A DNA stretch of 58,864 nt, filler included, from Squatina squatina (taxonomy: Eukaryota), in assembly GCA_031763465.1 (NCBI GenBank). It is 4 parts of 4 records of this genome, joined end to end, with 100 filler letters (N's around TTAATTAATTAA, not from the genome) between each part and the next. Parts side by side here need not be neighbours in the genome. Positions count along the whole stretch, not along the records: positions 30,548 to 44,251 come from JARFOE010000115.1; positions 44,352 to 58,864 come from JARFOE010000203.1; 2 more parts are not named here. The stretch is one strand, 5' to 3'. A model generated the notes under the pieces. It worked only from the letters and a program-made list of their open reading frames with translations. It did no database searches and had not been told where the DNA came from. The translations under genes were made by a program, and so were the position numbers. Numbering within the stretch: the first letter of the stretch is position 1; each line of letters starts with the position of its first letter. Shown here piece after piece: positions 36,276-49,148 of the stretch.

Positions 36276-38254
36276 NNNNNNNNNNNNNNNNNNNNNNNNN
36301 NNNNNNNNNNNNNNNNNNNNNNNNNNNNNNNNNNNNNNNNNNNNNNNNNNNNNNNNNNNNNNNNNNNNNNNNNNNGATCAAATTTTTTACCTATTATAGC
36401 AACACTCATTTCTGCTCTTCATCTGTCCTGAACTATTGGCTGCTAGATTCTGCATTAAATCTTAAAATGACAAAAAATGCTGCAAGCGCAGCCTGCCTGC
36501 TGCAGACATGTGACCTTATATGCTGTACACATACAAGGGTCTACCACCATTAGTTCTGGCCAAGACACAAATAAAAAATTATCGGCTACCTCAAGTCAAA
36601 GCACTGTCACAGAAGAGAGACTCACAGACATGTAATTATACCCTCAAAAGGAGCAAGCCAAGTTGATTCAGGAGTCGAGACAAGATGGATCAGCACTTTC
36701 CAATTGATGTCAAGATTATTGGAACAGGAAGAGAGTGTTAGTGCAGCTTTAATGAATCAAAAGGCAGATATCCCAGAATGACAACACGCACAATGGAAAT
36801 AATTACAAAATAATTCTAGTTCTGAAATTGTTTCAGACAGTCACTAATGAACTGTCTTCAGAATGCTCTGGTTTGGCCTTGAAGATTAGTCCAGGGAGCA
36901 GAATGATGTAGTGCACAGCTAAACAAAAACTTTGGACANNNNNNNNNNNNNNNNNNNNNNNNNNNNNNNNNNNNNNNNNNNNNNNNNNNNNNNNNNNNNN
37001 NNNNNNNNNNNNNNNNNNNNNNNNNNNNNNNNNNNNNNATTATGGAACACTCAGCAGCATTCCCTGTCCAGTTTCTTGCTATTGCTTTTTGTGGTAAACT
37101 AAGGATCAGTATTTCACTAATGGGTTCATTATACAACAAGGCAGCAATATTAAAGAGAGTATTTGAGTAAAGATATTGTGCTTTTACTAATTTTATAATG
37201 GGCTTCAGTTGAAGTTCAAACACTTAAAATTAGTTGAAAAATAGTTTTGCTTGATAAAATGATTGACAACTGCCCAATGCTGGTTGAACATTTTATCCTC
37301 ATCTTGTTTTTTTAATGTTTGATACATGCTATTGATCACCTCACTCACTGGTAGCCAATGAAATACAGCATGGTGCCACAACATTTTAAAAACACAGCAC
37401 AGAATCACTGCAAGCTACACACCAATAGATGTGGAGAAACCACTGAAGGATAAAGAAAATCACAAGAGTTAATGAGGAAGCTGCCAGAGCATCATTGCCT
37501 CACTGGTGTTACATTAAAATGATAAAAAGTTATGAAAAAAAAACTCATCTTCACTCTTCCCAGTTTCTTTGTAGATTAGCTCAATCTTTTTGTCCCTTGA
37601 CTTTTCAAACTCAAAATAACCAATCAGTTTGTGAAAATCAATTCAAATTAATTTGACAAACTCAGCATGATATNNNNNNNNNNNNNNNNNNNNNNNNNNN
37701 NNNNNNNNNNNNNNNNNNNNNNNNNNNNNNNNNNNNNNNNNNNNNNNNNNNNNNNNNNNNNNNNNNNNNNNNNAATGAATGATGGTGAACACTTGAAAGA
37801 CGGCTGTGTTGCAATCTTGTGATTTGTTTCTCCTTAATGTAGATAAAACTTTGAACCAACTTTCATTCTTTATGTATGCTTTATCAAACTGGTCATTTTA
37901 AAATCCAAAACCAGAGTTTTACCAGTGAGTATCAGGGAAAAGGAAAAGCACACATTGTACAGTTAGCTGCTGGAGTCCTTTAAATCACCGCAGCAGGATC
38001 TGGAATCCTCTCTTCATGCATGGGAGCTCCTGGGAATCCTTAACCGGGAACTGTAAATAATCATCCAAATTGGTTAATACATGTGTTATAATAACCCATG
38101 GATGAAATTGTGTGCTAACGCATTGGTTACAGAAAACTACTGGAGGCAATTTCACTCCAAACGTTCTTCCCTCATGAAAACTACCCCCACTGCATCAGTG
38201 GGACAGATTCCTATTTACCACATGACCCACTTTTACGGCATTCCTAATTCCTTT

Positions 38255-38530
38255 TTTCATTCACTCTCGGGATATGAGCATCGCTGGCAAGGTTGGCATT
38301 TACTGCCTATCCCAGGTTGCCTTTGAAAAGGTGATTGTGGGCCTTCTTCTTAAACCTCTGCAGTCCATGTGGTCAAGATACTTCCACAATGCTGTTAGGG
38401 AGGGAGTTCCAGGATTTTGGCCCAATGACGGTGAAGGAGCAACAATATATATCCAATTTGGGATGGTGTGTGACTTGGAGGGGAATTTGCAGGTAATAGT
38501 ATTCCCATGCAACTATTGCCATTGGCCTTC
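38255..38530 (-). mobile_element. CR1/L2-group LINE 3' end
   Basis: Reverse complement of the family seen at 23296 and 41772. Confidence 0.75.
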
Positions 38531-40245
38531 TAAGTCGATCATTTAGTGCTGAATTGCGGACAGTTTCACATCATGGGCCATGCCTGTTGGTAACTGGACT
38601 GTGACTGTGAGCAACCAATTCATTTCACATTCTTAGCCACTGGCCATGGAAGTAGGTAAACCACTTTGAGGATGAAATTCCCTCTGTCGACAAGTCCAAA
38701 TGAAAAGTGAGATGTATTTACAATTACTTTTCAGTAAAATTAGCAGTGCCATAAATTTTACTCCCCTAATGTGTTTTTAAATGACAAATCAACAGCAGTT
38801 GTTGGTGCAAGATCCAGGTATCAACTCCCTGTGACCTGTGTCTGAGTGTTAACTTGCAACAAAGGAGATGCATGCTTTGTTACTTAGCAACCTGCAAATG
38901 CTGCCAGAAGCATTATTCGCTAAGAAGTGTTTTTTTTTAAACCCTTGCTGATGATGGCAAGCGATGCATTTTAAAATTGTTGAGCTTAGGGAAAAGGTAG
39001 TTCCCTTTTAAGCTGATCGATGAGCATTTTACATCTGCAAAGGTAATTCCTGCAGTTTCAGAGCGCAACCTTAAGACCTCCTCACAGGCCGAGAACTGCT
39101 CAGCTGGCACGAGCGTTGGTATTTCATAATTACAAATAAAATGACTACACCTCATTTCCTTCCACAATGTTCTATCATCAGCACTAGATAAGCACATACC
39201 TAATTCAAGCACAGAACTTGAATTTACAGAACCACTTCACAACATCTCCCATTGTACAAAATGCCCGATTCAAGCATAATGACTAAATACAAAATCCTGA
39301 CTTGAGCATCAAATATTCATTACTTATCAAGTTTTCAATGTACAGCGCATGAACTGCAGTCAGTCCATTGGTATACTTCACTCGGCAATAGCGGCACATT
39401 TTAAAAAGAGGAACCGATACCATTTGTGTAAAATGTGGATTTTTAAAANNNNNNNNNNNNNNNNNNNNNNNNNNNNNNNNNNNNNNNNNNNNNNNNNNNN
39501 NNNNNNNNNNNNNNNNNNNNNNNNNNNNNNNNNNNNNNNNNNNNNNNNCCATCATCATAATTAAATGAATATTTTTTTCTCGGTAAAGATTGCCTAATGT
39601 CTCATTGGTTGTAACTGACAACATGATAGAACCTTCTGTATGTGCTTCTTAATCATTGATTGGTGGCTGAACTAAAAGGAACATAATGAAGGGAATAATG
39701 TTTGAGGTTGCTGTGCACTTGGCCTGAAGTCATGCTACTTGCAACTCTGTGGCAGATTGTATCTGTCTCTGACAATTTACTACCTTCCAAGCAACATTTC
39801 AGAACAAAATTAAGAATAACAAGAACCAAACTGCTGAACAAACAGGATATTTCACAAAGCTCATAAAAGATTTAGAAACTCTCCCATCAGTGTCCGATGT
39901 GCAGTTGTTGGATTTATTTTAGTCGACATTTAAAAAAAAAATGTTTCTTTCGCTGACAGCTAGCCCTGCCACAAGCATTAGCAATGCACAACATGTTGAT
40001 GTGTTTGTTATTAAACACATCAGTAAATTTAAGCACATTTCTTTTCCAGTTGCTTCATTAGTTTACTAAACATGGACTTATAGAAGATGGAATGAAGCAC
40101 ATGGTGTTCAACTGTGAACTTCTCAAAATCACTTGAGAGTAATACNNNNNNNNNNNNNNNNNNNNNNNNNNNNNNNNNNNNNNNNNNNNNNNNNNNNNNN
40201 NNNNNNNNNNNNNNNNNNNNNNNNNNNNNNNNNNNNNNNNNNNNN

Positions 40246-40320
40246 TCTTATTGAATGGTGGAGCAGGCTCGAGTGGCCTACTCCTACTCCTACTTCCTCG
40301 GTTCTTATGTTATGTTCTTA
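40246..40320 (+). mobile_element. CR1 LINE 3' tail
   Basis: GAATGGTGGAGCAGGCTCGAGTGGCCTACTCCTACTCCTA...TTCTTATGTTATGTTCTT. Confidence 0.8.
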
Positions 40321-41587
40321 ATCTCTCGTCATCTAATATAGCTACACTTTTAAGTGCTAATAATTAATTACTGAGTATTTTTCCTTCTGCTTGTGGTATT
40401 TTCACCCTCTTGCTATGCAAAGGTTTGAGAAACCTGAATATATCCTTATGAGTTGTATGGATTCCTGTTGCAAAAGTATTTGCAGGAAGATGGGCTTCAA
40501 TAAGATATGTTATTGCACAGAAGGTAAGTCTAGCAACAGCGAATGAAATATTTTAACTTGCTAAGTTGATGGAGTCAATTTGTGCTATCTATTGAAATAT
40601 AATATGCACCGCTGCTCTTTTGAAGATCATTAATTCACATCCACATGTGGATTAATACAGAACAAATAATGTGGTGAACATCAAACTAAAATTTGAAGAA
40701 ATGCTAATTGGACCCATTTCTCATTTAGATTCACCTGTCCCATTAAAAAGAAGTCAGGAAGAGGTTAAAATGTAGAAAGCTGAACTTCAGAGATCGGGGA
40801 ATTTTGGCATGATGTCAAAGAAACTCGTCCTTGGCTAACAGAACTGCATTTGAGCTATACTCCTTCAGAAAATCGATGCTGCGTGTGCCTGCATAAGGAA
40901 TATGGAATCATAATGAAGAGATGATATGATGTATGCAGTTATACCAAAATCAGGGTGTTTCGCATACTGATGGAACAATAGCAGATTGCAGTGGAACCTG
41001 CCACCATGGAAGAAATGAATCACCAATTGGGACCATTCAATTGATAACTGTAACTGACCACCACAGCTATGGCCCCAAAAGATCTGTTGCCAGAAGGTGT
41101 CCAGTTTATCAGCCCAATAACCCCACCTTTGGAAGACTTCTGTATCTCAAATAACAACCCACAAGACTGTACTTCAGTTCAATAACCATGATTCTGCATG
41201 ACAGCAGCCATGTAAACCAGCAGGAGCTGCAGAAAGTCTCTCAACTGAACATAAAGAAGCATTAGTGTAAACCTATTCACCAGCGCAGCCTGGACAGGGA
41301 TGAGGGGAGCCTCAGAAATGCTGCAGCACTGATTAGCGCCGAAACTGCGCCGGGCGTCAATAGCAACATTGAGCTTCAAAATTCGCTAACCTTTTCATGC
41401 TGACCAGGCGTGGTGCTTTTGGAGGCGCTGACAGCTGCCTGGAGGTTCTGTAGGGGTGCTCTCTTGACTGCCCACAGCTCTATCAAGTGACACAGATCAT
41501 TGTTCAATTGCATTCCCACTGCCTTCATTTATATAAAGCTTGGTAGATTAGACTTCTGTAGCTTCTTTGGCTCAAATTCTCGGACAA

Positions 41588-41671
41588 ATGGCAGCAATGA
41601 GTAGGAGTTGTCAGCTTTCTGATGAGAAATACTGGTATCTGTGGTGGAGCAGAGGAGGGGGCAGCTCTTCC
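41588..41671 (+). mobile_element. Start of a third Harbinger Myb/SANT-like gene remnant
   Basis: MAAMSRSCQ, then SDE and ILVSVVEQRRGQLF across frameshifts, matching the FSxxELxxLVxxVxxRxxxLF pattern; truncated by a gap. Confidence 0.45.
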
Positions 41672-41771
41672 NNNNNNNNNNNNNNNNNNNNNNNNNNNNN
41701 NNNNNNNNNNNNNNNNNNNNNNNNNNNNNNNNNNNNNNNNNNNNNNNNNNNNNNNNNNNNNNNNNNNNNNN

Positions 41772-41868
41772 CGAAAGGACTGCAGTGGTTCAAGAAGGCA
41801 ACTAGGGATGGCCCAATAAATGCTGGCCTTGCCAGTGACACCCACATCCCAGGAACGAATAAAAAAAA
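41772..41868 (+). mobile_element. CR1/L2-group LINE 3' end
   Basis: GGACTGCAGTGGTTCAAGAAGGCAACTAGGGATGG..AATAAATGCTGGCCTTGCCAGTGACACCCACATCCC..GAATAAAAAAAA. Confidence 0.8.
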
Positions 41869-43584
41869 TTTGCACATTCAATTGTGTGAATGTAAAGGAA
41901 ATCTCTTTTTCTTCTCATTCTTAATCCACCCATTCTGGTCAATGCAAATTAGAGAATCATTTACTAAAACCGCCTTGTTGGAAACACGATCTTCACTCCC
42001 ATTTCCCAACGTGGTGCACTTTATCCTTAGAATTGCACTTTCCCCTACTTTTATAACTTGAACCTTGCAACTTAAATGAATTACAATTAAATATATTTTA
42101 TTACTTCCTACGATATAATCGGGATAAAATGAATGCAACTTGCTACCATAGAAAGTATGACTTAATTGAAAGAACAGCTAAAGGCAAATTGATTTCTATT
42201 AATTTAGAATTGAATATTTATTGATTTCAGAACAGCAAAATGAACCATATGCATCATGAAATTAAAGGTTATAGTAATGAATTAGAATATAAGAGTGCAA
42301 AAGTAAAATTGCACCAAATTAACTTAACAGCAAATTAACTTTGGAAACTGAATTAGAAACAAACTTAAAGGAACTAAATGGTTTCACCTAATATATGTGT
42401 TGGATGAACTGCAGCTGGACAGTCACTATTCAATACAGCAAGTTGTAAACTTAATTCATTTATGTGACATATAATTAGTTTCATAAGTCATGCGTTAATG
42501 ATGATATTCAACCGGGAATAGATTTTTAATTTATGTAATAAGTTAGACTGATTTATTGCCATTGCATAATGGCCCTGAAATTGCAATCTCCCCGGGTGTG
42601 TAAATTTACCTCTATTTTTAAATTTTAATATTAGAATAGTTTTAAAAATGCTTTGTGATGTGTTTTTGTTGTTTTTCATCTTTTATTGAAGTTTTGACAG
42701 TTCTTGACAGATCGCTTAGAACTGTCAAAACTTTAATAAAAGATACACCTACCTGATTGGCTGGGGCCTCCCATGTGACCTCTCCAGCCTCTGAGATCGA
42801 CTTGCCCGGGAACCTAGAGAGCCCCGCTCCAAATCTCCAACTCAGGGGGAGCTGTAGACCGCAAACTCCCATGGATCCAGGACCCTTAGGTAAGCACGTA
42901 GACGAAATTGCAATCAGAGGCAACGCTCTTTACATCTCACATACATTGCAGTTAAAAATGGGAATTCAATGCTAAGATGCAACCATGCTTCAGAATCCAT
43001 GTTTTACCATCGTGGGATGCAGTGGGAAGGCACAGTGAAGTGTACTGCTTAGTTACTGCTAATAAGTTTATTTCAAATTATTAGAATGAGGTCCTGACAA
43101 TTCTGTGACCTGGGTCCAAATCTAAGAGAGCTAGATAGGACGTTTCTTCTTACTGATGACTGTAAGGTCACCAAGTCCTACAAGTGTAGACAAATTTAAC
43201 TCATGTTCTCAGGGCACGTTGTGTTCACTACAGACAACTTAATTTGATGCTAAATGAACCACATATAAGGATAGCAGCCAAGCGGAATGAAAATGCCTCG
43301 AGTGCAGTAGGTGTTGAGACACAATATGGGGGCATATTTCGAACTCTGAATTACACATAACTCAGACAGTGCTTGATGCTGTCCATAGATAGAGAGTAAA
43401 ACAATCCATTCGTCTGGAATGGTCATGTGCCAGCCCCTCTCCAGGATTTTAGCACATAATCAAGTACAGTACAGTCCTGAGGGAGTTCTGCAATGCTGGA
43501 GATGCTGTCCTTCAGAGTAGACCAAATCGAATCCCACCTGCCTATTCTGAAAATTGTATGGCACCACTTGAACAAGAACAAGAA

Positions 43585-44251
43585 GTTCTCCAGATTTTCT
43601 CCAACTGAATATTGGGCAGACCAAAGCCACTGTTGTCGGTCCCCGCCACAAACTCCGTTCCGTAGCCACTGACTGCATCCCTCTCCCTAACTTCTGTCTG
43701 AGGATGAACCAGACTGTTCACAACCTTGGTGTCATATTTGACCCTGAAATGAACTTCCGACTACACATCCGCAGCATAACTAAGACTGTTTATTTCCACC
43801 TGTGTAACATCGCCTGTCTCCGCCCTTGCCTCAGCTCACCCACTGCTGAAGCCCTTAACTATGCCTTTGTCACCTCTAGACTTGACTATTCCAATGCACT
43901 CCTGGCTGGCCTCCCACATTCTACCCTACGTAAACACAGCTGATCCAAAACTTGGCTGCCTGTGTTCTAACTTGCACCAAGACCCGCTCACCCATCACCC
44001 CTGTGCTCGCTGACCTACATTGGCTCCCAGTTAAGCAATGCCTTGATTTCAAAATTCTCATCCTTGTTTTCAAAATCCCTCCATGGCCTCGCCCCTCCCT
44101 ATCTCTGTAATCTCCTCCAACCCCACAACCCCGTGAGATGTCTGCGCTCCTCTATCAACCATTGATGACCGTGCCTTCTGTTGCCTAGGCTCTAAGCTCT
44201 GGAATTCCCTGCCTAAACCTCTCCGTCTCTCTACCTCTCTTTCCTCCTTAA
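43585..44251 (+). mobile_element. L2 LINE ORF2 C-terminal fragment
   Basis: FLQLNIGQTKATVVG...VHNLGVIFDPEMNF..HIRSITKTVYFHL.NIA.LRP.LS...AFVTSRLDYSNALLAGLP...HITPVLADLHWLPV. Confidence 0.92.
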
Positions 44252-44295
44252 NNNNNNNNNNNNNNNNNNNNNNNNNNNNNNNNNNNNNNNNNNNN

Positions 44296-44307
44296 TTAAT
44301 TAATTAA
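44296..44307. other. Artificial scaffold linker TTAATTAATTAA
   Basis: Same 12-mer embedded in an N run. Confidence 0.95.
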
Positions 44308-45491
44308 NNNNNNNNNNNNNNNNNNNNNNNNNNNNNNNNNNNNNNNNNNNNTTGATTGCCCTAGTGAGAAGTCAGGGAGCAATTTTCCAGAACGTTTCCT
44401 GACAATGGCCACAGATTTTATTTTCTCTGCCGTTTTTTCTCCCCCACGAGTTAATGGTTGGTGAGGGCAGCGCACAAGTTTAACGCATAGAACCGTCTAA
44501 CAAAGCATGGATGGACCGAATGGTCTTTTTCTCATCTATCCATTCCTAGGTTTGTGTGAGTCACTCTCTCGTACCTTCAAGTCGCTGGTTGAAGAGTAGC
44601 GTCAGTAGAGGTCTAGGAGCAGGTTCATCAAGTTGCCTTTGGTCTCCAGGAGGAAGGAAAACAGGAGGCAAAAAAATAAAATAAAATCAAAGACTAACCT
44701 CTCCAAACAGAAAACAGCAAAAATCATTTACAGAAATATGTATTATCTTACATAGACTGCTTTGTTGCAGAGGATTACTTCTTATATACATTCACTAATA
44801 CTTTACTGGGGAAGCGATTTTAGGTTTAAATACAGTATTCTGGAAGCCTGCATGCTGTATTCCTAATTCTGCTCACATAACTTTTTCCCTCTGAATGCCC
44901 CTTTTCTAATTTCTTCTTTCCACTAAATTATTCTTTTTGAAGCTGGTGAGTAAACTGTGGAAAACAACTCGAAAGAGACTGAGCTGATGAACAGTCCGTG
45001 GCCCATGTCGAAAGGTGCTAGGTTTAGATTAACAGCTCATCCATCATATGAGCTGCATGAGACAGGGAGAGGGTACCCGTGNNNNNNNNNNNNNNNNNNN
45101 NNNNNNNNNNNNNNNNNNNNNNNNNNNNNNNNNNNNNNNNNNNNNNNNNNNNNNNNNNNNNNNNNNNNNNNNNNNNNNNNNAATTGCTTTAAAAAAAAAA
45201 GAAATGGGGAAGAAATAATAAAAAATTTATTCTGGCTCAGAAATGAATAGTTGCATCTCTTTGTGTTGGCTTTGCCTTTCTGCGCGAGTGGGAACAGACT
45301 AAAATATCTGATCCCTGAGGATTACCCTTGCGGGTTCCCAGCAGCGTTGTACAATGGAACCAAAGTGCTGCACAAGCAAGATATTTTAAACTTAGTCACC
45401 GAATGCCTGTGTGTCAAGAAGCCTAATACTGTACTGTAATTAAACTGGGAGTTGATTGATAAGGGTAAAATCAGCCATGGCACGTGATGTT

Positions 45492-45547
45492 AGAGAGTCT
45501 CACCATCAGCATTGCGTTGAATAGGAATGCTGATAGTGAGACTCTCT
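45492..45547. repeat. 22-bp near-perfect inverted repeat with a 12-nt loop
   Basis: AGAGAGTCTCACCATCAGCATT / AATGCTGATAGTGAGACTCTCT, 21 of 22 positions complementary. Confidence 0.9.
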
Positions 45548-46974
45548 CTTTAAAACAAGTAATGATAGTGTGACATCCTCTATAAATGGCATGCCACTGG
45601 GCAGATATCCTCATTAAAATGATTGCTGATGTGAGGATCACTCATCAAAATGGATTTTGATAGCGATCATCCCAGTATAAAAAGACACTCTTCCTATCAA
45701 CATGTCTTTTCATCCCATTAGTTTGTGTTACATTCAAACCTGAGTCCCAAGGGTGAAAAATGCATTGTTCCAGCCGCCTAAACCTACCTACCTCCTCCTC
45801 CCACTTAATTATTTAATGTGTGTGGGAATTTTACACAATAAATTTAAAAAGGGGTCATCTGTTGTTTGACGCACTTGAAACCAAGGTTCTTAATGCCTCA
45901 TTTAGGTAGAGCTCCCATTGATTACCACGATCACAGTATAAATGATACTGTGCTGTTGGAGGCTTCAGATGTTAAAAGAACAGTGGTGCTCTTTTATTTA
46001 TATTTTGTTCCAAACTAAAAAGGCCACTAGTTTTGAGAAGATGTCAGTNNNNNNNNNNNNNNNNNNNNNNNNNNNNNNNNNNNNNNNNNNNNNNNNNNNN
46101 NNNNNNNNNNNNNNNNNNNNNNNNNNNNNNNNNNNNNNNNNNNNNNNNTCTCGACTTGCAGACAATGCCTCCACTCCTTATGGACCTTCAGCAATGATAT
46201 TTCTGAAAACAACATGGCACACCCTTCTATCTCTTCAAATAGCGCCAGGATTAACAAGATGGAGTGTGTCACCGCCCGAAAAAAATGGCGCAGTCACGCC
46301 GATGTTTAAAGCTTTTGACGCATTCCAATTCCGGACGTGGTGGCCATTTTGGATGGTGCGCAGGATGATGACATCATGGATGCCTGCCGTGGTCATGGAT
46401 GACTTACAAATGTAAGTCTTTCTTTCTTTAAATGACGGGGCAAGATATGTAGGTTGAATAAGCTTTTCTTGTTTTTAATTCCAGAAAGTTTTGCATTTTA
46501 GTTCTTCGGTTTCAGGACATGCAGGTGAGCTGCCCCCTAAAGGAGAGCGTCAGGTAAAAAGTATCTGCTTTAAGTACAGCTTCATCTCCCTGAAGTGATT
46601 AGTGCTGCAAATGCGATTCACATTCTTATCACAATGACAAAGCACAGCTAGAAATCTCATTAACCTCAATCAGCGGCCTCCTGTGTTTTGTAGGCAGTGG
46701 GTTACGGGTACACTATGTGACTATATTTTTGAAGAGTTAGATTTTCTGTTCCGTCATGGAGCAAACAATGTATTTCTTTGTTCTCTTTCCTGTGTCTCTG
46801 AGCTATGATGCTAAACCATTCAGACATTCAAAGAAGATATGAATTTCTCAATAAACATTTATTTAGATTTTTATGAATATATAATCAATTAATTTGCCTT
46901 TAAAGTGGAGCAACATATTTTCTTTTTAAAGCTTCTCAATGCTATGATTGCACTTTTGCATAACATCAGGAATG

Positions 46975-47247
46975 TATCAGGCTTCCGGTGCAGACGATAT
47001 CCCTGCCGAAATACGAAAACACAGCGTAGAAGTACTCTTGGCACGAATCCATGACTTTATCTCCCTTATTTGGAAGGAAGAGAGCATGCCAGGGGATCTC
47101 AGAGACGCCGTAATCATAACCATCTTCAAGAAAGGAGACAAGTTTGATTGCAGAAACGACACAGGGGTCTCCCTGCTGTCCGCCACAGGGACGGTCATTG
47201 CAAGAATCCTACTCAACCGTCTCCTCCCAGTGGCTGAAGAGCTCCTC
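46975..47247 (+). mobile_element. RTE-clade LINE RT fragment
   Basis: ASGADDIPAEI.K...IWKEESMPGDLRDAVIITIFKKGDKFDCRN.TGVSLLS..G.VIARILLNRL is characteristic of RTE/BovB-type RT. Confidence 0.88.
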
Positions 47248-47550
47248 NNNNNNNNNNNNNNNNNNNNNNNNNNNNNNNNNNNNNNNNNNNNNNNNNNNNN
47301 NNNNNNNNNNNNNNNNNNNNNNNNNNNNNNNNNNNNNNNNNNNNNNNCTGGTACAGACCTTCTCATGCGGGAAGTGCATGCCAGGAATTTGGTCGGGTGA
47401 CAACGCCATGACTTTTCATCCATTAAAATTAGAAGATGAAAATTCACCCCGCAGGTATTAAAAGATTGTAGCAGTCACAGCCGTCTTTTGAGTCATGCCA
47501 AGCTTCATTTGGTGCAGGATGCAGCTGAAAAAAGCCCAATGGATGCTTTA

Positions 47551-47984
47551 AAAAAAGACTTGCACTTCTATAGCGCCTTTCATGACCACCGGACATCTCA
47601 AAGCGCTTTACAGTCAGTGAAGCACTTTTGGAGCGTAGTCACTGTTGTAATGTGGAAAATGCGACAGCTAACTGGCGTACAGCAAACAGCAATGTCATAA
47701 TGACCAGATAATCCATTTTAGTGATGTTGATTGAGGGATAAATATTGGCCAGGACACTGAGGAGAACTCCCCTGCTCTTCTTCAAAATAGTGCCATGGGA
47801 TCTTTTATGTCCAGCTGAGAGGACAGACAAGGCCTTGGTTTAACATCTCATCTGAAAGACAGCACCTCCCTCAGCACTGCACTGGAGGGTCAGGCTAGAT
47901 TTATGTGCTCCAGTTCTTCAGGTGGGACTTGAACCCACAACTATCTAACTCAGAAGAGGAGAGTGCTGCTCACTGAGCCACAGC
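47551..47984 (-). mobile_element. Near full-length SacSINE1/DeuSINE-like tRNA SINE
   Basis: Minus strand: GCTGTGGCTCAGTGAGCAGCACTCT (A box), GGGTTCAAGTCCC (B box), Deu-like core and L2-like tail AAAGGCGCTATAGAAGTGCAAGTCTTTTTT. Confidence 0.9.
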
Positions 47985-48118
47985 TGACACACAACAATAA
48001 AACCTGAGAATAATATCACCCAAAGATGGTCTGGATTTTTTTTTTAAACTCAGCTGAAAATATGTCAAGCTCTGACACAGAATTAAAGGTCCAGTGCCAT
48101 TTCCCGTCAGTCTCAAGT

Positions 48119-49148
48119 CTACGAGGTAGTGAGTGAAGTTGACCTGATGTGAATTTCTGAGGCCTCAAATGTGTGCGTCTGAAATGGCAAACAGCGTATC
48201 AGTTTTCTGATTGTTTTGTTTAACTCTCTGCGAAACCTCTTTACGGAGAAGCAGTAGATGATTGGATCAATGCAGCTGTTCATGCTCAGCAAGGCCAAAT
48301 TCAGTTTGTGTACAATGTCTATGGCCTTGGGAGGGGCACAATCAGGTATCCCTTTAGAGTTAGCTCTGCTTAACTCCCAGGGGATTAGGAAAACGTGGTA
48401 GGGTAAAACGCAGACCAAAAATACAACGAGCATTCCCAGCACCATTGATTTAGCTAGCCTCCGATGGATGCCTTGAGAAGCATTCCCATGGGATGAAAGA
48501 GCTTTCATAATTGAAACATAGCTCAGCAGAACAATCGAGAAGGATATGAGGAAGAAAGCAAACGATGCATACACGTAAATGCTTCTGTCAGAGTATTCTT
48601 CGAAACATTTTGTGGTGTTAAGCCCCCGCTTGAAGCTCTGCTGCTGAATCAATGCAGGAATGGCACATGCAAACCAAAATATCCAAACGGCCCCGCAGGT
48701 GTAAAGGGATCCTCTCGGCTTATTCAAAGGAATCTTCAGTTTTGTCATTGATACTGTGCAGTATCTGTTAATGCTAATGAGGATCATAAAGGTGACGGCG
48801 CTGTATGTCGCCATGTAGTAGAACGCTCCAGCTACCCGGCAGGTAATTTCCGAGAAGATCCAGTCTCCGCCTTTAAAATAATAAACGACCCAAAATGGCA
48901 GAGTGAGGTTAAATGTGATGTCGGCCAGAGTGAGGTTAATCAGGTACACTCGGATGGCTTTTTTAATCTTCCTGGCATTTTGTAGGAATGTCAGCAGTGC
49001 AATGAAGTTCCCAAAGAGTCCTACAAACAGGACCACCAAGTAGACGAGCGGTAGAACGAGGTACTGAACAGGGTCCCGGATGTTACAGGCCTCACGAGCT
49101 GCTCTCTCTATCGAACTGTAGTTCTCACTGGAGTTCAGGGTTGTCTCC
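48119..49148 (-). CDS. Platelet-activating factor receptor-like class A GPCR, main coding exon
   Basis: Seven hydrophobic segments; GN in TM1, NLTLAD and LPFWVVYY..G.W in TM2/ECL1, NRY instead of DRY, VCVLPYH in TM6 and NSCIDPIIY in TM7. Acceptor TTTTTATTGTGCTGCAG at 49149 (phase 2), so the start codon is in an unseen upstream exon. Confidence 0.88.

Noticed and set aside
40400-40920. Possible degenerate hAT transposase (EFWHDVKETRPWL)
   Set aside because: A single weak motif with no supporting TIR or further motifs.
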